DNA of 64,000 nt from Candidatus Woesearchaeota archaeon (GTDB taxonomy: Archaea > Nanobdellota > Nanobdellia > Woesearchaeales > DSVV01), in contig JACPTB010000005.1 of assembly GCA_016192995.1 (NCBI GenBank), forward strand, positions 133,503 through 197,502, read 5' to 3'. How positions within the stretch are numbered: the first letter of the stretch is position 1; every line of letters starts with the position of its first letter. Of the stretch, positions 19,528-29,783 are shown piece by piece. Under the pieces are notes generated by a model that saw only the letters and a list, made by a program, of their open reading frames with translations, had not been told where the DNA came from and did not search any database. A program made the translations under genes and the position numbers.

Positions 19528-19935
19528 TTATTCTTTTTGGAGTTTCTCCCTTTTAACATCATCAACTAACTTCTTAGCCAAATTGTAGAGTCCAAATTTT
19601 GTAACGACAATAACACCATATTCATCTATAACATCCTTTGACAAATTATCGGCGCCAATATAATAAACTTTTGCTTCTGGATGTACTTGTTTAAGATGTC
19701 TAGTAGCGGGAATAAAGTATTGGTAATTATCTCTCGTTGAATCAAGTGGAAAACTACCATCAATGAGGTAATGATCTGCACGATATGTGCTAAGAAGCTC
19801 TAGAAATTCAGCATAATTCTTAGCTATCTGATACTTTATGTTAGTTTCACCATCAAAGATTCTACGTAGATTAGCAATCCATTCATAATCATCTTCTAAT
19901 ACAGTAATATCAAGTGTTTCGAGTGATTGATCCAT
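19528..19935 (-). CDS. Stand-alone response-regulator receiver-like protein (divergent)
   Basis: VLEDD acidic pocket, YLIDGSFP (phosphoacceptor-like Asp), late Lys in VVTK. Confidence 0.55.
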   Translation of the reverse strand: MDQSLETLDITVLEDDYEWIANLRRIFDGETNIKYQIAKNYAEFLELLSTYRADHYLIDGSFPLDSTRDNYQYFIPATRHLKQVHPEAKVYYIGADNLSKDVIDEYGVIVVTKFGLYNLAKKLVDDVKREKLQKE

Positions 19936-20017
19936 TAAAACAAGCTATGCCACAATATTTATAAAGTTAATTAGTAAGAAAACGAATATCTTAAACATTG
20001 TTAAAAAAGGTGATATT

Positions 20018-21427
20018 ATGAAACGTGCAAAAAACCACTCATCTATACTTCTAGCAATTGTTATCATGGTTGTATTGGTAGGACTGCTGTCAGCCCTTAG
20101 TGATGTGTTCAAGAATAATGTTTATGGTAGAGGAGCTTATTTCTCTGAAGATGCAGCTAAAATAGGCATAACTCCATTAACAGGAAATCTTGTTTTTGAA
20201 GGAGGACAAGTTATATTAACCGTTTCAACAACAGGCAAAGGTTATGTTTCTTCAAGCCCTTCTGGAATTATTTGTGGTGCAGCTTGCAGTGAAGCTTATT
20301 CACCAGGAACTGTAATGAGACTGACCGCAAAACCGCAAAGCGATCAATTTGTTAGTTGGGGAGGAGCATGTTCAGGAACTGAAATGACTTGTACCATCAC
20401 GCTTGATGCTGATACCACTGTTATTGCTAATTTTGGTGGTCAATCTGAACCAAAACCAGCACCACCTTCTGAAACACCACTTTATCCAATTAGTGGAGAT
20501 CCCATCCAAGAACCTGTTGCACCTATACAAACTCCTCCCTCAGAAAAATCACAACTGCATTGCTGTTTAGATCCTCGGTATAATGCAGAATATGCTTTGC
20601 AAAATCCTTGTCAATCAGGATTTATTGACAAAGGTGTTCAAAAGGATTGCAGCACTTTAGCGGCAAAGCTGAGAAAACCTATTGAAACACCTAAACCAAT
20701 CCCACCAACACCACCAAGTACTGCACCTAAATATACTCTAACTGTAGAAAAACCAAGTACAGGACAGATTAAGAGTTCGGACGGAAAAATAAACTGTCCT
20801 AACCAATGCAGTGCTCAATATGGAAAAGATGAAAATGTTGTTTTGCAAAACACTTTTGTAATGGATGGAAATAAAAAGGTTAAATTTGATATTGTTCAGG
20901 AAAACCTGCAGCCACCATCACCACCACCTACACAACCTCAGCCACCTCAACCTCCACTAATACCTACACCTTCTCCTCCTCAAAAAGGTACCTTAACAAA
21001 TCAGAATCTTGCAGGTTCGTGGCGGATTTATTCTCAAGCAATCTTTTATGATAAAGGTGGGAATAGTATTTCGCCTCCTTTATCAAGAAGATTTGAACTT
21101 AAGTCTGATGGAACATGGGAATGGGGTAATTCTAAAGGTACTTGGGAAATTAAGCTTATAGAACCAGAAGATTGGAAAAAGTGGAGTCTTCAATCCTATG
21201 GTCCAACAAGCAAAATAGTATTCAAGAATTGGGTTCCAGGATGGTCTGATGGTCCTATTGAAGAATCGCAAGGAAGCGTTGACTTTATGTGGCTAATTTT
21301 CCGCGGTCAAAGCACTAAGGGAGATGCGCCACCAGATTATGGTACTATTCAAATGAAATTAGGGCATTCTACAAGTTATGAAGCTCAAGGCGCCAGAGGT
21401 AGGAGATTTATTGAAGACGCAGGTTAA
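20018..21427 (+). CDS. Membrane-anchored surface protein with InlB-B-repeat-like domains and Pro-rich linkers
   Basis: N-terminal TM; two LTV...G.I.C...CS..Y repeats, FVSWGGAC, poly-Pro tracts, Trp-rich C-domain. Confidence 0.65.
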   Translation: MKRAKNHSSILLAIVIMVVLVGLLSALSDVFKNNVYGRGAYFSEDAAKIGITPLTGNLVFEGGQVILTVSTTGKGYVSSSPSGIICGAACSEAYSPGTVMRLTAKPQSDQFVSWGGACSGTEMTCTITLDADTTVIANFGGQSEPKPAPPSETPLYPISGDPIQEPVAPIQTPPSEKSQLHCCLDPRYNAEYALQNPCQSGFIDKGVQKDCSTLAAKLRKPIETPKPIPPTPPSTAPKYTLTVEKPSTGQIKSSDGKINCPNQCSAQYGKDENVVLQNTFVMDGNKKVKFDIVQENLQPPSPPPTQPQPPQPPLIPTPSPPQKGTLTNQNLAGSWRIYSQAIFYDKGGNSISPPLSRRFELKSDGTWEWGNSKGTWEIKLIEPEDWKKWSLQSYGPTSKIVFKNWVPGWSDGPIEESQGSVDFMWLIFRGQSTKGDAPPDYGTIQMKLGHSTSYEAQGARGRRFIEDAG

Positions 21428-21448
21428 GTAGAATTAGTGAGGTCAATA

Positions 21449-21889
21449 ATGGATGCTACTTTTAAAAGACTGGATATAACTATAATTTCATGGTTAAAAT
21501 GCTACGGACCACGTTTTTTACGCTATGCTTTAGCCATTATCTTTATCTGGTTTGGATTATTAAAAGTGATTCATCTATCCCCAGCAGATGAATTAGTTAC
21601 TCAAACAGTGTATTGGTTTGATCCAATATGGTTTGTCCCATTTCTTGGATGGTGGGAAGTTGTTATCGGACTTTGCCTTCTTTTCAAACCGTTGAACAGA
21701 TTAGGATTGTTATTAATGGCTGTACAAATGGCAGGCACATTCTTGCCATTAATATTACTTCCAGAGATTGTTTACCAAAACAATAATCCTTTTGCTTTAA
21801 CTATTCATGGGCAATATATTGTAAAAAATATTGTTCTTATCGGTGCTGCAATGATTGTAGGAAGTAAGGTGAAGGATAAGACTTGTTAG
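21449..21889 (+). CDS. DoxX-family membrane protein
   Basis: LRYALAIIFIWFGLLK, EVVIG, GQYIVKN; GAGGT SD. Confidence 0.75.
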   Translation: MDATFKRLDITIISWLKCYGPRFLRYALAIIFIWFGLLKVIHLSPADELVTQTVYWFDPIWFVPFLGWWEVVIGLCLLFKPLNRLGLLLMAVQMAGTFLPLILLPEIVYQNNNPFALTIHGQYIVKNIVLIGAAMIVGSKVKDKTC

Positions 21890-21901
21890 AGATGCGAGGA
21901 T

Positions 21902-22858
21902 TCATCCCCGCATTACAATAATATAAATATAAATAATATACATCAGAACAAAACAAATACCCTGCCATCTTTCTAAGCGATGTTTTTCTCCCATAAACAT
22001 GAATATAAACAACAACAACGTTGTTATTAAAAGCATGATTAAATCAAAGTTGACAAATGAAGGAACATTAATTGGCGCGATTAATGCAGTTATCCCAAGA
22101 ATAAAGAATACATTAAATATATTGCTTCCTATAATGGTGCCGAGGGCAAGATCAGCATTTTTTTTAAACATTGCAACAATACTGGTTACTAATTCAGGCA
22201 AAGAAGTGCCAACAGCAATAATAGTTGCAGATATGAGAAACTCACTAATCCCAAGTACTTTGGCAATGGAAACTGCACTTTTTACTACTAATTCTCCGCC
22301 ATACAATAATCCTGCAAAGCCAAGAATAATATAAGCTGTCATTTTTAAATTAGACAATATTTTAATGTCGCTGTTGTCTTTATTTCTTTCAAGCTTTGAA
22401 GAATAATACAAATAATAGAGGAATATTGAAAAGAATAGTAAAAAGATGATTCCATCTACTCTATGCAGAGTAAACAGTGGTTTACCTAAAATAAGATATT
22501 TGTTAGATAACACGAGAAGAACTAAACATGATAATATACCAAACGGAATTTCCCTCCAAGTTAACGTATGTTTTACACGGATTTCGGTAATTATGCTCGC
22601 GAGTCCTAACCCTATAAGAATATTAACAACATTACTTCCAATAATATTTCCTAATGCAATATCAGATGCTCCATTGAGAGCAGCAATAACATTAACAATA
22701 AGTTCAGGCGCAGAGGTGCCGAATGCTACAATTGTTAACCCAATGACTAAACTTGAAACACCAAACTTCTCTGCCAAAGCTGCAGATCCATCAACTAATA
22801 GATCAGCTCCTTTGACGAGAAATACAAAACCAATGATAAAAAGGAAATATTCAAGCAT
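21902..22858 (-). CDS. Calcium/sodium antiporter (YrbG/CaCA)
   Basis: Two alpha repeats GTSAPE/GSN and GTSLPE/GSN. Confidence 0.92.
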   Translation of the reverse strand: MLEYFLFIIGFVFLVKGADLLVDGSAALAEKFGVSSLVIGLTIVAFGTSAPELIVNVIAALNGASDIALGNIIGSNVVNILIGLGLASIITEIRVKHTLTWREIPFGILSCLVLLVLSNKYLILGKPLFTLHRVDGIIFLLFFSIFLYYLYYSSKLERNKDNSDIKILSNLKMTAYIILGFAGLLYGGELVVKSAVSIAKVLGISEFLISATIIAVGTSLPELVTSIVAMFKKNADLALGTIIGSNIFNVFFILGITALIAPINVPSFVNFDLIMLLITTLLLFIFMFMGEKHRLERWQGICFVLMYIIYIYIIVMRG

Positions 22859-22901
22859 AGCTTCTTTTTAAATTAAGTATTTATAAAATTAATGAAATAA
22901 C

Positions 22902-23010
22902 TGGGCCCAGCCAGATTTGAACTGGCGATCTTCTCGAATTTGAGTTAATAAAGAGATTAAAACCTTATTAATACGTCAACGAGATGTCATAGCCGCTAGA
23001 CCATGAGCCC
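22902..23010 (-). tRNA. tRNA-Val(GAC) with a 36-nt canonical intron at 37/38 (22938-22973)
   Basis: Reverse complement GGGCTCATGGTCTAGCGGCTATGACATCTCGTTGACG[intron]TCGAGAAGATCGCCAGTTCAAATCTGGCTGGGCCCA. Confidence 0.92.
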
Positions 23011-23064
23011 TTGTTCAGGTAAAAATAGGAAATGTTTTAAATATTTTATTATATCAAAAAGCAT

Positions 23065-24606
23065 ATGGAAGAAGATTACGATCTACAGAAATCTGGTGAA
23101 GTACAGAAGCCTGATCAAGATACCAAGGCTAAAATCAAGCTTGCTAATCAAAGAATTCAAGAAAAGCTGAACAAAGAAAGCATGAATAATGCAATTAAAG
23201 AAGGATCTGCGTTTTCAGTTATGAGCAGCTTTGGACAGAACTATGTTTCTGCATTTGCCATTGCTCTCCAAGCATCAAATACTCAATTATCATTGCTTAA
23301 TTCATTGCCTGGGTTGCTTACAAACTCTTTTCAACACTTAGGGATAAAACTTGCAGAATACTTTCATAGCAGAAAAAAAATAATTGTCATAACGGTTTTT
23401 CTTCAAGCATTCACTTGGCTGCCCTTATTTGTACTTCCTTTAATCTTCAAAGAATATAGTTTTATGTTCTTGATAACGTTTCTTATTCTTTTTAATCTTC
23501 TTGGAGCATTGCATCAATCTATTTGGAGCAGTATGATGACTGATATTGTTTCAAGTGATTTTCGCGGCAGATATTTTGGATTGAGAAATAAAGTGATTGG
23601 AGGCGTAGCATTTGTTGCTGAGATTATCGGAGGTATTATTTTATTTATATTTGAAGATATCAATGTATGGATAGGGTTTGGCATTTTGTTTACCGTAGCA
23701 TGCATAGCAAGGCTTTTTTCATACTATTACATGAAAAAAATTATTGAACCAACATTTGCTCCTGAAGAACAAAAGCATTTTACGGTCAGGCAATTTATTA
23801 AAAGCTTAAAGGAAACTAATTACGGGAAATTTGTCGTTGCTACTTCTTTTCTGAGATTTACCGTAAACATAGCTTCTCCTTTTTTCTCAGCGTTTATTTT
23901 GAGAGATTTAGGATTTTCTTACCTTCAATATACCCTTATTACCGCAGCGTCAACTATAGCTTCGTTCATGTCGATGCATTATTGGGGAAAATATAGTGAT
24001 AAATATGGCCATAAACGGATTGCAGGAATTACAAGCTGGTTGATTCCGTTGATACCATTAGGATGGGCATTTACCTCAAATTGGTATCTGATTATTGGCA
24101 TTCAGATTCTAAGCGGTATTTCATGGGCAGGATTCCAACTAGCAGAATCAAATTATATTTATGACTCCATCTCACCAAAAATCAGATCTCGAGGTGTTGC
24201 CTATGCTAATAGCATGCGAAATGGGATGGTATTTGTTGGTTCAATATTAGGCGGTTTCTTGGCAAATTACCTCCCTCCTCTCAGTTTTCAAGCTTCAAAC
24301 CTGCAGTTAGTTTTCCTTATTTCTGCAGCGCTAAGGGTTATAGCGATTGTTATATACTTGCCTATGTTTAGAGAATTGCATCAAACATCTGATGGAAAAA
24401 AAGATCATGAATTATTCGTAGAATTGGTTGCAGTACGCCCAATCTCAGGACTTATTTTTAAAGCAGTGAGACACGTAGATAAAGTAACTAAATTGGTTAA
24501 AAAAACGAAAAGTGATGATGATAGTGGAATAAAAATAAAAGATAATGTAACTATCAAACTAAAAGACAACCCTCCTTTAAATCCTGCGCTAAAGATTTAT
24601 AAATAA
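23065..24606 (+). CDS. MFS transporter
   Basis: About 12 TM segments, RGRYFG and WGKYSDKYGHK loops. Confidence 0.85.
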   Translation: MEEDYDLQKSGEVQKPDQDTKAKIKLANQRIQEKLNKESMNNAIKEGSAFSVMSSFGQNYVSAFAIALQASNTQLSLLNSLPGLLTNSFQHLGIKLAEYFHSRKKIIVITVFLQAFTWLPLFVLPLIFKEYSFMFLITFLILFNLLGALHQSIWSSMMTDIVSSDFRGRYFGLRNKVIGGVAFVAEIIGGIILFIFEDINVWIGFGILFTVACIARLFSYYYMKKIIEPTFAPEEQKHFTVRQFIKSLKETNYGKFVVATSFLRFTVNIASPFFSAFILRDLGFSYLQYTLITAASTIASFMSMHYWGKYSDKYGHKRIAGITSWLIPLIPLGWAFTSNWYLIIGIQILSGISWAGFQLAESNYIYDSISPKIRSRGVAYANSMRNGMVFVGSILGGFLANYLPPLSFQASNLQLVFLISAALRVIAIVIYLPMFRELHQTSDGKKDHELFVELVAVRPISGLIFKAVRHVDKVTKLVKKTKSDDDSGIKIKDNVTIKLKDNPPLNPALKIYK

Positions 24607-24624
24607 TAACTTCCAAAAAACAAT

Positions 24625-25797
24625 ATGCCTCAATCCTCACTTACCCTTATTGTTATTGTCCTAACAGTTTCTTTAATTATGTCTGAACTTTTTTATCGCT
24701 TGAAATATCCGCGTGTTATAGGGCAGTTAGTAACAGGGATATTATTTTCATTTCCCTTGTTCAAAGCTTTTTTAACGCAGGATTTCCTTTTAGACATCAA
24801 ATTTCTGTCAGATATGGGAATTGTGTTTTTGCTCCTTCTTGCTGGGATGGAAATTGACTTAAAAAAATTCAAAAAATCAGAAAAAGATTCAGTAATCATA
24901 GCTGTTTCTTGCGCGTTATTGCCTTTTCTTCTTGGCGTTGTTCTCATGAAACTATTAGGATTCTCAAATATTATCGCTGTTGTTGTCGGAGCATCGCTTG
25001 CATTAACTGCAGAAGGCACAAAATTAATTGTCCTGCTGGAGATGAAAGCATTGCGTACAAGAGTTGGAACTATTATGGTTGAAGCAGGAATCCTTGATGA
25101 TATTTTTGAAATTGGTTTCCTTGCCTTAGTATTGTTGTTAGCAAATGGCACTGCTCAGGAGGTAAGTGTTTTTCCTTTAAAGCTGATATTTTTTATAGTT
25201 ATAGTAGTAGCCACGTACCTTTACCTTCCTAAGCTCTTGCGCTTAATTCATAAAGAACATAACCCTGTTGCGGTATTTTCAACGGTATTGGTTATTGGAT
25301 TAATTATTGCCTTGGTTTCAGAACAATTTGGTTTAGGTCCTATTATAGGTGCATTTATTGCAGGAATTATCATCCAAATTGCAGATAAAGATAAAAAAGA
25401 AGAGCACACCATTGTTAATGAATTAAAAATACTTACCTTTGCGTTAGTAATTCCATTCTTCTTCTTAAATATAGGGTTGCATTTTGATTATACAGCAATT
25501 CTTCAAAATAGCTGGTTTGTTATCTTAGTTATTCTTGTTGCCACTATCGGAAAAGTGCTTGGCGCCATGGCAGTTACACCATTGACTGATCTTTCTTTAA
25601 AGCAAACACATCTTATTGGTTGGGGAATGAATTCCCGCGGCGCAGTGGAATTAATTATTGCAGAAATTGCCCGTTCGAGCGGCATTATTTCTATAAAGAT
25701 TTATTCTGCCATTGTTGCCATGACCATATTTACCACACTGATATTCCCTATTATATTAAAGAAAACTGTTCAGCAAAATAGGAATATTTTAAAGTAG
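24625..25797 (+). CDS. Cation:proton antiporter (CPA2)
   Basis: GIVFLLLLAGMEID, LDD, GAFIAG, PFFF, SRG motifs. Confidence 0.88.
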   Translation: MPQSSLTLIVIVLTVSLIMSELFYRLKYPRVIGQLVTGILFSFPLFKAFLTQDFLLDIKFLSDMGIVFLLLLAGMEIDLKKFKKSEKDSVIIAVSCALLPFLLGVVLMKLLGFSNIIAVVVGASLALTAEGTKLIVLLEMKALRTRVGTIMVEAGILDDIFEIGFLALVLLLANGTAQEVSVFPLKLIFFIVIVVATYLYLPKLLRLIHKEHNPVAVFSTVLVIGLIIALVSEQFGLGPIIGAFIAGIIIQIADKDKKEEHTIVNELKILTFALVIPFFFLNIGLHFDYTAILQNSWFVILVILVATIGKVLGAMAVTPLTDLSLKQTHLIGWGMNSRGAVELIIAEIARSSGIISIKIYSAIVAMTIFTTLIFPIILKKTVQQNRNILK

Positions 25798-25802
25798 TAG
25801 TA

Positions 25803-25965
25803 GGCTCTGTCCCAAATCTCGGCTAACGCCTCGGTTTTGGTGCCGTGATTATCCCACTTGTTGATAAGAACGAAAAAATTCCCATTGGAATTCCCTTTTT
25901 TCTCGATTATTTATTTGTAGGATAATCACAAGCATGGCACCAAAAACTACATTTGGGACAGAGCC
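25803..25965. mobile_element. Palindromic MITE-like element, copy B1 (type-2 TIR, core B)
   Basis: TIR GGCTCTGTCCCAAAT...ATTTGGGACAGAGCC; perfect 9-bp TSD GTAGTAGTA; inner stems TTTTGGTGCC/GGCACCAAAA and GTGATTATC/GATAATCAC. Confidence 0.9.
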
Positions 25966-26010
25966 GTAGTAGTACAAACTTTTATAAATTATATCCTATT
26001 CGATTACATA

Positions 26011-26709
26011 ATGACTTTAATGCCAAAACATATTGCTATTATTATGGATGGCAATCGAAGATATGCTAAGAAGAATAAACTTTTATTACTTGAAGGCCAT
26101 CGTAAAGGCGCTGAAAAACTGAAAGAAGTTCTTGCATGGTGCAAGGAATACAACATCAAAGAGCTAACTTTGTACACTTTTTCTATACAAAACTTTTCAA
26201 GAATAAAAGACGAAGTAGATTACTTAATGAATTTGTTTAGAGAATATTTTGATGCGTTTTTCAAAGATAAAATCTTTGATGAAGATAAAATTAAAGTAAA
26301 TATTATCGGAAGAAAGCAATTATTTCCAAGCGACATCCAGGAAAAAATGAATCAAGTGGAAGAGAAAACAAAAAACTATTCTCAACATATTCTTAATTTT
26401 GCTATGGGTTATGGAAGTCGAGAGGAACTTGTTGATGCATTCCAAGCATTAGCGAAAAAGGTTGAAAACAAAACTCTTTCTTCAGAACAAATTACAGAAG
26501 AGACCATTAACCCTGCTTTATATCTTTCTCATGCACCTGATATTTTAATTCGCACTGGAGGAGAAAAACGGCTTTCTAATTTCTTATTATGGCAGTGCAG
26601 TTATACTGAACTCTTTTTTATTGACAGTTTCTGGCCGGAATTTTCAAAACAGGAATTTACTTCAATCATTAAGAAGTTCACAGAACGAGAAAGAAGATTC
26701 GGGAAATAA
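26011..26709 (+). CDS. uppS: cis-Prenyltransferase (polyprenyl diphosphate synthase)
   Basis: HIAIIMDGNRR, FS.QN, IRTGGEKRLSNFLLWQ, RRFG; TATA-like TTTATAAA about 25 bp upstream. Confidence 0.95.
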   Translation: MTLMPKHIAIIMDGNRRYAKKNKLLLLEGHRKGAEKLKEVLAWCKEYNIKELTLYTFSIQNFSRIKDEVDYLMNLFREYFDAFFKDKIFDEDKIKVNIIGRKQLFPSDIQEKMNQVEEKTKNYSQHILNFAMGYGSREELVDAFQALAKKVENKTLSSEQITEETINPALYLSHAPDILIRTGGEKRLSNFLLWQCSYTELFFIDSFWPEFSKQEFTSIIKKFTERERRFGK

Positions 26710-26714
26710 GTTTT

Positions 26715-26993
26715 TTATTTAATTGCTTTTTCAACAGCTTTTAAGAACGTATCATTTAATTTATGAATGGCTTTAAGTGAATCTTCAACTGCTTTAACTG
26801 GTGATTTTCCTTTAGTCTCAACCACTAAACGAGGAACATTGAGTAAAGGATGCTCAATATAGTATCCTCCTACTTTAACTTCTTTATCATCACGTAATTG
26901 ATGCGCTAGAAGATTAAATAAGGTATGTGTTTCTGCACCAGGAAAATCAACAACAAGTTTGTGTTTGGTATTCTCTAATACTTTAACTTCCAT
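26715..26993 (-). CDS. rpoL: DNA-directed RNA polymerase subunit L (Rpo11)
   Basis: THTLFNLL...GYYIEHPL motif. Confidence 0.85.
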   Translation of the reverse strand: MEVKVLENTKHKLVVDFPGAETHTLFNLLAHQLRDDKEVKVGGYYIEHPLLNVPRLVVETKGKSPVKAVEDSLKAIHKLNDTFLKAVEKAIK

Positions 26994-27071
26994 AACTATA
27001 CATTTTTGGGTTTATTTATAAATGTTATTATTACTATTAGAATTGCCATAATCAAGTGGTGAAAGTACTAG

Positions 27072-27812
27072 CTAAGGCTTTGCCATCTTCCAAAAGAAGT
27101 TGAAATACTGCATATACGCAAATGCTATCTGCTTGTTTTCAATCATAATCGCTTCAATATCATCATCTTCTACATGGATCATCAAAACATAAGCTTCATT
27201 AATATCAATAACAACAGGACTGGCATATTTATCAGGAACAAATCGTACTTCACCATTGCTAAACCCAACATCTGATCCTCGTTTGCCTTCATGATAAATC
27301 ATTTTGTTAGGTATATTGTTTCCAACGATATACCTTCTGAATTTTTCAAAATGATGTTGTAAATATTTTCTTGTTGAACCAGTGCTGCCAAAGCAATAAA
27401 TTGGTTTTTTGTTGGCAAAGAATTTTGTCAGAGCATTAATAACACCCTGCCTCCCTTTGTAATAGGTTACCGTCTGTTTTTCTTCAGCAGCATTATATTG
27501 TTTCATTAATTCAGGCAGATGCTTGTTGATAAGATCAAGCTTTTCCTGTTTTTTCTGAATAATATCCTGCAATGATTCGGGTGATGCTGCTTGAAATATA
27601 TTTTTTTCTTTTCTTGTGACATTGCTTACTAATCCTTTTTCCCGCAATCGCTCCAAAGCATCGTAAATATTAACTCTATGGACGTCTACTTTCTTTGCCA
27701 GATCACTGACACTGCCAGAACCCAATTTTAATAATCCCAGATATACTTTTGCCTCATTAATGCTAAAACCAATCTCAAGCAATAATTGCGTGATTTCTTC
27801 TTTTGACAACAT
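27072..27812 (-). CDS. TrmB-family transcriptional regulator
   Basis: GFSINEAKVYLGLLKLG, IYDALERLREKGLV. Confidence 0.85.
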   Translation of the reverse strand: MLSKEEITQLLLEIGFSINEAKVYLGLLKLGSGSVSDLAKKVDVHRVNIYDALERLREKGLVSNVTRKEKNIFQAASPESLQDIIQKKQEKLDLINKHLPELMKQYNAAEEKQTVTYYKGRQGVINALTKFFANKKPIYCFGSTGSTRKYLQHHFEKFRRYIVGNNIPNKMIYHEGKRGSDVGFSNGEVRFVPDKYASPVVIDINEAYVLMIHVEDDDIEAIMIENKQIAFAYMQYFNFFWKMAKP

Positions 27813-27909
27813 AACATTATTAGAATAATTGTTTTATTTAAAGTTTTGTATTGAAGTATACTACTACCATTTAGTAATATTTAAATACTAGTATTACTTT
27901 AATACCATT

Positions 27910-28152
27910 ATGGCAATTAAAACTATTAAAGATGTTGATGAAGAAACGTGGTATAGATTGAGAAAGTTATCAATAAAAAATAGAACACCTATGGGGAAAT
28001 TGATACATGCTATGGTTGACATTTATGAAAAGAAAACTGAAAATGTATGGGAAAATATCCTCAATGGTGAAAAACTCATCTCTGATAAAGAAGCTGATAC
28101 TATGGAGAAGAAATTATTAAAAGTAAGAAAAGAATATGGTTTTAGAGTATGA
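27910..28152 (+). CDS. Putative RHH antitoxin
   Basis: TIKDVDEETW; overlaps PIN gene; paralogue of 18207. Confidence 0.75.
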   Translation: MAIKTIKDVDEETWYRLRKLSIKNRTPMGKLIHAMVDIYEKKTENVWENILNGEKLISDKEADTMEKKLLKVRKEYGFRV

Positions 28153-28544
28153 CACTTATACTGGATACATCAATACTTATTGATTTAGAAAGAAAAAGAA
28201 AATCAACATTAGAAAGATTATCTGAATTATGCAAGAATTATCCTGACACTCCAAAGATTGCGTTTATTACGTTATTTGAAATCCTTCTTGGATCAAAAGA
28301 GAAAAATAAAACAAATCAGCAGAAATGTTTAGAGTTTGTTAAACAATTCACCGTATTGCAGACATCAACAAAAACTGCCCCAATACTTGCTGAATTAAAA
28401 TATAAATATGATCAAAAAGGGATTCCATTATCACTTTCTGATTCGCTTATTGCGGCATTAGCAATTGAGAATGGCTTAATTCTTGTTACTAAAGATAAAG
28501 ATTTTAATAATATAACTGAGATAAGAAAGATTATATTAAATTAG
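28149..28544 (+). CDS. VapC PIN toxin
   Basis: ILDTSILID, DSLIAA, TKDKDF. Confidence 0.88.
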   Translation: MTLILDTSILIDLERKRKSTLERLSELCKNYPDTPKIAFITLFEILLGSKEKNKTNQQKCLEFVKQFTVLQTSTKTAPILAELKYKYDQKGIPLSLSDSLIAALAIENGLILVTKDKDFNNITEIRKIILN

Positions 28545-28545
28545 T

Positions 28546-29724
28546 TTATGCAGCTTTTCTATATTGTTGCTCATACTGTTTTTCAATGCGGCCATAATTT
28601 GATTCAGGATGTTTACGTATCTTTTTAGATCCATCAACAACATCAAGCATCATCTCATTAATGACTTTATGCTGTCCTGAATCTCCAAAGTGTGTGGCGT
28701 CTTTATGATGAAGTATGTTATGTGTGTTTGCATGCTGATAAACAGTTTTTTTAGGAGGTACTAATCCAGATTTTTCTCCTGCAATGACATGAACTTCTGC
28801 ATCTCCATAAGGCTGTGTGGCGTAAAGTTTGATAATATCTCTTCTTGCTTTAGGGCTTGTTACATCATCTTTATCCAGTTTTACACCAGCTGCTTTGGCA
28901 ACATACTCTGCAGCTTTCTGATCAAGATTTGAAAGCTCCATACCAGAAGGACTTGGTTCGACAGCATAGAATTTTCCAATCCCATACTGCTTTCTTCGTG
29001 GATCCTGCGCTGCATAGATTGCAACATTGGCTCCTTCGCTATGACCCAGAAAATGATCTCTGTTCTCTCTTTGTTTTCCTGTTAATCCTGTTTTTTTGTA
29101 TAACGTGTCAACTTGCTGATAAAATTTATCCCTATTTTGGTCTCGAGTTTCATGTTCATGGTTAAATTTAATAAGATGAGGGGCATAGCCTCTTTTTCGC
29201 GCTTGCCGCGCTAATTGTCTCATTGAGCCTCGATTCTGAAAATAACCATGTCCAAGATGCAGTATCTCTTTATTCGGATTTTTTTTTAAATCACGCTTAG
29301 TTCTCCAGTTTTCAACGCCGGATAAAACATTTCCAACTGTGTTTTCATACATATTTCTCGGAACATTTCTTGTTAAATTTCTAAATCTATTTTTCCATTT
29401 ATCCCATCCTTTTATCTCTTCAGGCATTCTGTTGGTAATATCTTCCTCTTGTTTCTTAATTTGACCAACACGCCATCCAGTATATTTTGGCGACAATGCT
29501 CCACGAGCTTCAAGATTTCTCTTTCGAATTTCATAATCTGCTGCATCAGCTTGTCCTTCTTTATTTTCACCTGGATTTGCCATTGCTTCTTGGACAATTT
29601 TATCTAATTGTTCTTCAGCTTTTTTTCCAGATGAGTTTTTCTGAAATAATGATATAAGAAATAAAGAGAGAAAAGTAACTACGGTAAAGCTGATCATAGT
29701 GAATGTCACGTCCAAGATAAACAC
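28546..29724 (-). CDS. Membrane-anchored alpha/beta-hydrolase
   Basis: N-terminal TM; HG oxyanion-like GHGYF, nucleophile GHSEG, late His in THFG; exact start uncertain. Confidence 0.65.
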   Translation of the reverse strand: MFILDVTFTMISFTVVTFLSLFLISLFQKNSSGKKAEEQLDKIVQEAMANPGENKEGQADAADYEIRKRNLEARGALSPKYTGWRVGQIKKQEEDITNRMPEEIKGWDKWKNRFRNLTRNVPRNMYENTVGNVLSGVENWRTKRDLKKNPNKEILHLGHGYFQNRGSMRQLARQARKRGYAPHLIKFNHEHETRDQNRDKFYQQVDTLYKKTGLTGKQRENRDHFLGHSEGANVAIYAAQDPRRKQYGIGKFYAVEPSPSGMELSNLDQKAAEYVAKAAGVKLDKDDVTSPKARRDIIKLYATQPYGDAEVHVIAGEKSGLVPPKKTVYQHANTHNILHHKDATHFGDSGQHKVINEMMLDVVDGSKKIRKHPESNYGRIEKQYEQQYRKAA

Positions 29725-29783
29725 CTCTCAGGATATGTCTTTTTCTTCGAAAAATTTTATTATTATTATTATTATTATCGTAA

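Noticed and set aside
21999-22871. Antisense ORFs opposite membrane-protein genes (also 24693-25151, 50522-50881, 62992-63369 and similar)
   Set aside because: Shadow ORFs fully overlapping well-supported genes, with no motifs
29758-29778. (TAT)7 microsatellite and ORFs 29615-29815 and 29699-29890
   Set aside because: Short AT-rich intergenic repeat; the poly-Asn and poly-Ile ORFs are by-products with no support
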